This document shows, in pieces, positions 57,683 through 64,000 of a stretch of DNA of 64,000 nucleotides. Origin of the DNA: Agathobaculum sp. (GTDB lineage Bacteria > Bacillota > Clostridia > Lachnospirales > Lachnospiraceae). The notes below the pieces were generated by a model that had not been told where the DNA came from, ran no database searches, and was given only the letters and a program-made list of their open reading frames with translations. A program made the translations under genes and the position numbers. The number at the start of each line of letters is the position of its first letter. The first letter of the stretch is position 1. The stretch is from the NCBI GenBank assembly GCA_963611035.1, contig CAVDQU010000001.1:8425-72424 (forward strand), read 5' to 3'.

Positions 57683-58540
57683 TTATGCACTCCGGTTCTT
57701 ATTATAAAAATACATCACTACTGCCGTAGCGCAGATGATCACATATCCCAGGAAACTAAATACATCCGGTTTCTGTCCCAGAACAAGAAAACCCATCAAC
57801 GCAGAAAAAACAATCTGTGAATAGTCAAAAACAGAAAGTTCTTTTGCCGGCGCATAAAAATATGCTTTAGTCACGAAGATCTGGCCGCCTGCACCGCCAA
57901 ATCCGGCTGCGATCATAGCTGCAACCTGCCACCATTTCATAGGCACAAAATGTCCAATGAGAAATGGCAGTGCAAACAGACAGGTAAAGGCAGAAAAGAA
58001 CATGACTACCAGCTTTCCGTTTACCCCTCTTTTACCTAAAACACGCACATAGGTATAAGCTGCACCGGCTCCCGCACCGCCTATCATACCCACAAAAGCA
58101 GCCGGATCTGTCATATTTCCTGTAGGTTTGATGATAAACAAAGCTCCGATAAATGCTGCTACAACAGCGATCCCCTGAAACAGTGTCAGTCTCTCTTTTA
58201 AAAGAAAATAAGAAAAAATAATGGCAAAGAAAGGTGAAAGTTTATTTAACATATTGGCATCAGAAAGCACCAGGTGGTCAATGGCATAAAAGTTGCATAC
58301 AATACCAACGGTCCCGCAGATAGAACGCAGGAGCAAAAACTTAAGATCTCCCTTGTGTATCTCCAGTTTTTCCGGCTTGCGGATCAGGCCCGCACCTACA
58401 ATGAAAAACGCCAGCAGATTACGGAACAATATCTTCTGCATAGACGGCAGATCACCTGCCAGCCGGACACACAGCGACATAAAAGCAAAGCAGAATGCCG
58501 CTGTCACAATACATATAATGCCTTTTGTCTTAGAATTCAT
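57683..58540 (-). CDS. DMT/EamA family transporter
   Basis: About 10 TMs, two EamA halves (FLLKER, APA..LS.FDYSQ). Confidence 0.88.
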   Translation of the reverse strand: MNSKTKGIICIVTAAFCFAFMSLCVRLAGDLPSMQKILFRNLLAFFIVGAGLIRKPEKLEIHKGDLKFLLLRSICGTVGIVCNFYAIDHLVLSDANMLNKLSPFFAIIFSYFLLKERLTLFQGIAVVAAFIGALFIIKPTGNMTDPAAFVGMIGGAGAGAAYTYVRVLGKRGVNGKLVVMFFSAFTCLFALPFLIGHFVPMKWWQVAAMIAAGFGGAGGQIFVTKAYFYAPAKELSVFDYSQIVFSALMGFLVLGQKPDVFSFLGYVIICATAVVMYFYNKNRSA

Positions 58541-58598
58541 AACCTCTCTCCTTTATCCCCCTTATGTACTCTTATATCCAGAAATTCCTTTATACCAT

Positions 58599-59975
58599 CT
58601 ATGCTTCTCCATGATAAAAGGTCTTCCACTTTCCACTGAAAAACCGTGTTGCAAAGAAGATGATACGCACGATCCAGTCTATGATCATAGCGACCCATAC
58701 GCCAATGGCGCCCCATCCCATAGCCACACCGGTAACATAACTTAAACCGATACGGAAAATGAACATGGATGCAATGGATACGCACATAGGAAATTTCACA
58801 TCATCTGCCGCACGCATGACATTGGGAAGGCAGAAACCTGCCGGCCACAGGAAAATAGCACAGCCATTGTGGATCAAAGCCAGAATAGCTCCCAGATGCC
58901 TTGTTTCCTCAGAAACTCCATAGAGCCGCAGAGTAAGAGGCATGGTAAGGATCACTGCCAGACAGCAGAGGCCACTGATGATATAAGTCAGTTTCATCAT
59001 TTTCTTTGCATAATATTCCGCCTGTTCAAAATCTCCCGCACCTACGCAGCGGCCCACCACCGTAACGATGGCCAGACACATAGCCGTTCCCGGCAGAACA
59101 CCCATACTGTCCAGATTGTTGGCAATGGCATTTGCTGCGATCTGTGTGGTTCCAAACATGGCGATAATACTTACTGTAAGCACACGGCCCAGCTGGAAAA
59201 TACTGTTTTCAATGCCATTTGGGATACCGATATGTAAAATCTGCTTTACCATACGCATATTTACACCTCTGGTAGTGCCGATACGGATATCCAGCTTTGG
59301 ATCCCGCAGTTTCCACATAAGGATAAAACATGCCACCATACGGGAGATCAGGGACGCACCTGCCGCACCTGCCACGCTCCAGTGAAAAACAAAAATAAAC
59401 AGTGCATCACCGATCACATTGATCACATTCATGATAATGGACGCCTGCATGGATATTTTTGAATTTCCCATAGACCGAAACAATGCTGCGCAGGAATTAT
59501 ATACTGCCAGAAACGGATAGGAAATAGCAGAGATGGTCAGATAGATCACTGCATTTCTCATTACCTCTGCCGTAACGCCCTTATAAATAAGGTTTAACAG
59601 CTGCCAGCGGAACAGGATGCTTAAAGTCATGATCACCAGGGCGACCACACCTGTTACCAGGATCAGCTGGTCCGCTGACTGACATGCCCGATCCTTTCGC
59701 TTCTGCCCCAGATATTGGGATGTGACCACAGCACCGCCCGTTGCCACAGCAGCAAAAATATTGATAATAAGTACGTTGATAATGTCTACCAGAGATACGC
59801 CGGAAGTAGCCGCCTCTCCTGCACTGGATACCATCACGGTATCTACCATACCAACGGAAACCGCCAGTATCTGCTCAACGATCAAAGGAAAGATCAGTTT
59901 TTTCAGATCATCTCCTGTAAAAAGAGTCCCCACAGCTTTTGCTTTCCCCACTGTTTTCTCTTTTCTCATCATCAT
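58599..59975 (-). CDS. MATE family efflux transporter
   Basis: VDTVMVS..G, SQYLG, RSMGNSK, GVWVAM..DW. Confidence 0.92.
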   Translation of the reverse strand: MMMRKEKTVGKAKAVGTLFTGDDLKKLIFPLIVEQILAVSVGMVDTVMVSSAGEAATSGVSLVDIINVLIINIFAAVATGGAVVTSQYLGQKRKDRACQSADQLILVTGVVALVIMTLSILFRWQLLNLIYKGVTAEVMRNAVIYLTISAISYPFLAVYNSCAALFRSMGNSKISMQASIIMNVINVIGDALFIFVFHWSVAGAAGASLISRMVACFILMWKLRDPKLDIRIGTTRGVNMRMVKQILHIGIPNGIENSIFQLGRVLTVSIIAMFGTTQIAANAIANNLDSMGVLPGTAMCLAIVTVVGRCVGAGDFEQAEYYAKKMMKLTYIISGLCCLAVILTMPLTLRLYGVSEETRHLGAILALIHNGCAIFLWPAGFCLPNVMRAADDVKFPMCVSIASMFIFRIGLSYVTGVAMGWGAIGVWVAMIIDWIVRIIFFATRFFSGKWKTFYHGEA

Positions 59976-61477
59976 TTTCCCAGCACTTCCTTCATTCTGT
60001 TCTCCTGGTCGTCAAACAGGAGTTCTTTGTTATAACGATAGTAACGTTCGCAATTATATTCCCTTAAAAACTCTACACTGGCTTCCCCGGTATTTAAACC
60101 TGTTACAAAGATCACCAGTTCCTGACCATTTGCAAAGGCCGCCTCCATAAAATCAAAGGCATGTTCCAGCTGCTGACCGCAGGACTCCTTTTTATCCTCA
60201 TAGGCATCGCTTTTTTCCATAAACTGCTGCCGCAGCCAGTTCCAGCTGTCCTCCTTCTCCTGTAAGGACTGTGCCTTCATCTGCTGCACATACTGTTCCA
60301 GTGCCTCTTTTATCTTCCGGTAGATGCGGTCCTGTCTGCGGTCTGAAAGTCCGCTTTCTTTTTTATGGATACGGATGCTTTCTAATTCAGCGCTGATGCT
60401 TTCTAATATCATGGCCGGTGTATGGATATCTGCCCCGTCTAACTCCTTCTTAAACTGCTTTAACTGAGCCATTAAAAGGGTCATTTCCTCATTCATGAAC
60501 TTTAGGGTCTTAAATCCGTCAGTCAGCTTCGCAAGAAGCAGTCCTGTTACAGCCATCCGCTCATCAAAGGAAGCTTTATCCAGTTTATCACAGATCCCTT
60601 CTCTGATGATACCGGAAAGTATCTCATCTACCCGGTACTGATCCTGATATTTATAATAAAGTTCCAGATAATTAGCAAAATCCTTGGCGATCTTCGGGTG
60701 CTGCAGATACTGTCCCACTACATCGCGGTCCGCCTTCTTTCCCAGTGATTCATATACCCGGATCAGCTGGGATAAGTCTTCCCAGCCTCTTGGTGTGGCA
60801 AAGCGCTTTCCGTCTACGGTAGTTTCCACCGTGCAAAAATACTGAGACCGGATGTTTAAATAAGACATGATCGCCGGATGGATATTCTGGGCATAGGCGT
60901 ATTCTTTCCACACTGCCAGATCCGGCTCAATTACGATCTTTTTAATACGGTCTAATGTTACCACATCAAATTCCCGGACAGATTTGTTGTATTCCGGCGG
61001 GTTTCCTGCTGCCACGATGATCCAGCCTTCCGGCACCTTATGGCTTCCAAAGGTCTTGCACTGTAAAAACTGGAGCATGGTAGGCGCCAGAGTTTCTGAC
61101 ACACAGTTGATCTCATCAATAAAAAGAATACCTTCTTTTAAACCAGTCTCCCGGATACGGTCATACACAGAAGCAATGATCTCGCTCATGGTATATTCTG
61201 TAACAGAATACTCTTTTCCGCCGTATACTTTATGCTCTATAAAGGGCAGTCCCACTGCACTTTGCCGTGTATGATGGGTAATGGTATAAGCCACCAGACC
61301 GATCTCACACTCTCTGGCGATCTGCTCCATGATCTGGGTCTTTCCCACTCCAGGGGGGCCGATCAGCAGCACCGGTCTCTGGCGGATCGCCGGGATCTTA
61401 TATTCTCCAAACTCATCTTTTAAAAGATAAGCTGCAATGGTATCTTTTATTTCTTCTTTCGCTCGTTTGATATTCAC
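59972..61477 (-). CDS. MoxR/dynein-related AAA+ ATPase
   Basis: GTG start (VNIKRAKEEI), GPPGVGKT, LFIDEIN, AAGNPP, TPRGWE. Confidence 0.85.
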   Translation of the reverse strand: MNIKRAKEEIKDTIAAYLLKDEFGEYKIPAIRQRPVLLIGPPGVGKTQIMEQIARECEIGLVAYTITHHTRQSAVGLPFIEHKVYGGKEYSVTEYTMSEIIASVYDRIRETGLKEGILFIDEINCVSETLAPTMLQFLQCKTFGSHKVPEGWIIVAAGNPPEYNKSVREFDVVTLDRIKKIVIEPDLAVWKEYAYAQNIHPAIMSYLNIRSQYFCTVETTVDGKRFATPRGWEDLSQLIRVYESLGKKADRDVVGQYLQHPKIAKDFANYLELYYKYQDQYRVDEILSGIIREGICDKLDKASFDERMAVTGLLLAKLTDGFKTLKFMNEEMTLLMAQLKQFKKELDGADIHTPAMILESISAELESIRIHKKESGLSDRRQDRIYRKIKEALEQYVQQMKAQSLQEKEDSWNWLRQQFMEKSDAYEDKKESCGQQLEHAFDFMEAAFANGQELVIFVTGLNTGEASVEFLREYNCERYYRYNKELLFDDQENRMKEVLGK

Positions 61478-61500
61478 TGGATCTGTTCCTTTCTTTATAC

Positions 61501-62901
61501 TCACGAACCCCATGCCGACGCACTCTGCTGCCTGCTTATGCAGGCAATATCATCTTCATCCAATACCACCCGCATGGCCCATGCAGGAAATCCTTCTTCT
61601 GAAAACCTCTCTCTGATAAACACAAAAGCCGTATCATAAGTAGGTGCTGCCACCGGATAAATGCCTTTTCCGTCTGTAAAATAAATAAGCCCCTTTAATC
61701 CATTTAACTGCCCTGTTACCTTTAAAGTGTTTACATACTCAAAAGCCGGTCTGAAGTCCGTTCCCCCATATCCTTTGATCCGGAAATGCTCCATATAGGT
61801 TTTCAGGTCATCGGCACAGGTAAGGATCACATCTGACTGCACCTTGTCATCACATTGGATCACATGGATCTGCACTTTTCTGAAATAGGTCTCTGACTGG
61901 GAAAGTACATCGTAGGTCTCTTCTAAAAACCGCTGTACCAGTTCCCCGGAACAGGACATGCTGGTGTCAATGACAATGACAAACTGCTCGATCCTCTGCA
62001 CTTCCCTGGTTTCCAAAGGCTCGATCAGGGGCATATTTCCATAAAGGGAAAGGCCGTAGGTGTAAAATGCCTGGTCAAAAGAATCTGGATCTGTCTGCAT
62101 TTCTTCCCGCAGGACCGCAAATTTCCTTAAAAACTGGCGGTAATCATACCGCTCTTCATTTTCCACCTGAATAGAGTCCAACAGGCTTTGTTCATTTTCC
62201 GACTCTTCTTCCGATCCCATAGTCTCCATCTGGGTCTGCATCCGCTCTCTGTTGTCATTCCACTGGTTCTGACGGATCATGGCAGCAGACGGGTCCGGTT
62301 CCTGTTCCCACAGGTCATGGTCATCTACATGAAATTCTGCCAGCAGCTGGCGGATCCTGCGCTCTGGAAGAGCCATTTCCATAAGTGCATGATAGACCCG
62401 CTCTGCTGTTAAGACCACTTTCCACTCTTCCTCATCGGAAGCACCAAAAGTCTTATTTCCTGTTAAAAATCTGCGGATACGCAGATAGGTCTCTCTTCGC
62501 AAGGGACTTTGAGGCACATGGATGCATTTTTCATACATACCATCCAGTACAGACTCCATGGCAATGTCACAGGCCAGATCCCACATTTCCTTCTCTCTGC
62601 CTTTTCTTGTATACAAATGGCAGAACAGGCAGTGGAATAAAGTGTGCAGATAATAACGGTTTACCACCTGACGCCCCTTTTTGTAAAGGTCTAAAATAAA
62701 TGCAGGGCCATAATAGATCACTGCTCCGTCACAGGCGATCCCATTTCTGTTCCAGTCTGCCTCAAAACCAAGACTGCTTAAGGACACATCCAGAAAGTGC
62801 ATATTTACATATAATTCATTCCGGGACTGGTACAAAATACGGGTGCAAAGTTCTACCTGGTCCAGTTCCTGCAGCTGCCTCTGCCTGGTGGGACTTTCCA
62901 T
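61501..62901 (-). CDS. DUF2201-type metallopeptidase-like plus vWA domain protein
   Basis: HTLFHCLFCH...WDLACD N-domain; vWA with MIDAS DTSMS, GGTDFRPAF, YFTDG. Confidence 0.85.
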   Translation of the reverse strand: MESPTRQRQLQELDQVELCTRILYQSRNELYVNMHFLDVSLSSLGFEADWNRNGIACDGAVIYYGPAFILDLYKKGRQVVNRYYLHTLFHCLFCHLYTRKGREKEMWDLACDIAMESVLDGMYEKCIHVPQSPLRRETYLRIRRFLTGNKTFGASDEEEWKVVLTAERVYHALMEMALPERRIRQLLAEFHVDDHDLWEQEPDPSAAMIRQNQWNDNRERMQTQMETMGSEEESENEQSLLDSIQVENEERYDYRQFLRKFAVLREEMQTDPDSFDQAFYTYGLSLYGNMPLIEPLETREVQRIEQFVIVIDTSMSCSGELVQRFLEETYDVLSQSETYFRKVQIHVIQCDDKVQSDVILTCADDLKTYMEHFRIKGYGGTDFRPAFEYVNTLKVTGQLNGLKGLIYFTDGKGIYPVAAPTYDTAFVFIRERFSEEGFPAWAMRVVLDEDDIACISRQQSASAWGS

Positions 62902-63305
62902 TACTGCGCGCCTCCGTTCATCTTGCGGTGTTCTTCCCCGATCTCCTCATAAAGATGATAAAAGCTCCAGCCTGCATTCTGCTCTGTAACAACGGCTTTT
63001 AAATTGATCTTCGGCACTTTTGCCTTCCGCAGATTTAAAAGAAGAGTGTCAATACGGCGGCTGGTAAAATCCTTCATGACCAGCATTTGCTCTGTGATCT
63101 GTGGCATTTCTTCTGTTTCCGCCAGATCCACGGCTTCCCGTTTTTCAAATCCCGGTACACCAGCCAGATAACCTACTGACTCCAGCACCTGGTCCGGGGT
63201 TACATTGCGGATCTTCACTCTCATGCGCACCAGAACACTTTTCATCATCATTTCCTGTTTTTTCATACGGGGATCTCCCGTACTGTAGTACAATACCAGT
63301 TCCAT
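62901..63305 (-). CDS. DUF3783-like protein
   Basis: VGYLAG, LKAVVT..N..W...LYEEI..EH. Confidence 0.75.
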   Translation of the reverse strand: MELVLYYSTGDPRMKKQEMMMKSVLVRMRVKIRNVTPDQVLESVGYLAGVPGFEKREAVDLAETEEMPQITEQMLVMKDFTSRRIDTLLLNLRKAKVPKINLKAVVTEQNAGWSFYHLYEEIGEEHRKMNGGAQ

Positions 63306-63369
63306 GGCTGTCCTTTCTATAATTAACTGCCCTTTTTATATTAACTGTCTTTCCTTTTATCCGAGCCTC

Positions 63370-63825
63370 TTATTTATTAAAGAGCTGCTCGCTTTCCAAC
63401 ATCAGTGTAAACGGGCCGTCATTTAACAGTTCCACCTTCATATCTGCGCCAAACTGTCCCTTTTCCACCACATTCACATAGGTTCTGCACCGCTCCATAA
63501 AATGCTCATATAAGCGTTCCGCCATATCAGGCGCACCTGCTTTTACAAAGCTTGGACGGTTGCCCTTTTTGCAGTCTGCATAAAGGGTAAACTGGCTGAT
63601 CACCAGCAATTCTCCCCCTACATCTGCAAGACTTAAGTTGGTCTTCCCGTTTTCATCTTCAAAAATACGCAGCTTGCAGATCTTGTCTGCCATTTTGTCG
63701 GTAATTTCCTCTGTATCTGCATCCTCTACGCCTAAGAGGATCATAAATCCTTTTCCAATTTTTCCCAGAACTTCTCCGTCTACTGTGACACTTGCCCTGG
63801 TCACTCTCTGCAGTACCGCTCTCAC
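63370..63825 (-). CDS. dtd: D-aminoacyl-tRNA deacylase
   Basis: RAVLQRV, SQFTL, GNRPSF, FGA.M.V.L.NDGPFT. Confidence 0.96.
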   Translation of the reverse strand: MRAVLQRVTRASVTVDGEVLGKIGKGFMILLGVEDADTEEITDKMADKICKLRIFEDENGKTNLSLADVGGELLVISQFTLYADCKKGNRPSFVKAGAPDMAERLYEHFMERCRTYVNVVEKGQFGADMKVELLNDGPFTLMLESEQLFNK

Positions 63826-63837
63826 TGTATTTTCCTC

Positions 63838-64000
63838 CTATTTCATCACCATTCGGATATATGTCAGTAAATTCTTTGCCACATCCGGCTGATACAGCAC
63901 TTCCTTTGCTCTTGCAGGATAATCTGTAATAATATTATCCACGCCCATAAGGGCCATTTGTTCGATCTCAGAACGGCTGTTGACCGTCCACACATGGATC
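63838..64000 (-). CDS. C-terminus of a glycerophosphodiester phosphodiesterase (5' part outside window)
   Basis: Hand translation IHVWTVNS...MGVDNIITDYP...*. Confidence 0.85.
   Translation of the reverse strand, partial: IHVWTVNSRSEIEQMALMGVDNIITDYPARAKEVLYQPDVAKNLLTYIRMVMK

Noticed and set aside
1..64000. Prophage, integrase, autonomous IS, rRNA, tRNA, recoding events
   Set aside because: No supporting motifs seen by eye; all long ORFs are accounted for, though short RNAs could be missed

Overview
A 64 kb chromosomal segment from a Clostridia-type Firmicute, probably Lachnospiraceae (judged from gene content, GGAGG ribosome-binding sites, sigma-A promoters and a CIRCE element). Most genes lie on the minus strand. 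Housekeeping content: a Ppx/GppA-family gene, pheA, plsC, clpB, glgB, glgX, mgsA, a P-type ATPase, two ABC-F proteins, xth, luxS, pyrC and dtd. Accessory loci: (1) an unsaturated-uronate locus (YesM/YesN-like TCS, TRAP dctPQM, second dctP, kdgF, a DhuI-like isomerase and kduI, with an alarmone-hydrolase-like HD gene and a polysaccharide deacetylase inside it); (2) a LacI, GDPD, sugar-type ABC, udp and PHP phosphatase locus with phased TGTTTACT boxes; (3) a SEC-C protein coupled to a SWIM-SNF2 ATPase; (4) a MoxR-like AAA ATPase with a vWA partner. Non-coding DNA holds two families of highly structured MITE-like elements. One is 205 bp, present in two near-identical copies flanked by TTATA, with one copy inserted exactly in the kdgF -10 box. 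The other is a 165 bp CTAG-bounded foldback. Each family also has an orphan end elsewhere in the window. Two small ORFs missed by the ORF track were read by hand. No rRNA, tRNA, CRISPR array, transposase or integrase was seen. All calls are by eye, with no database searches.
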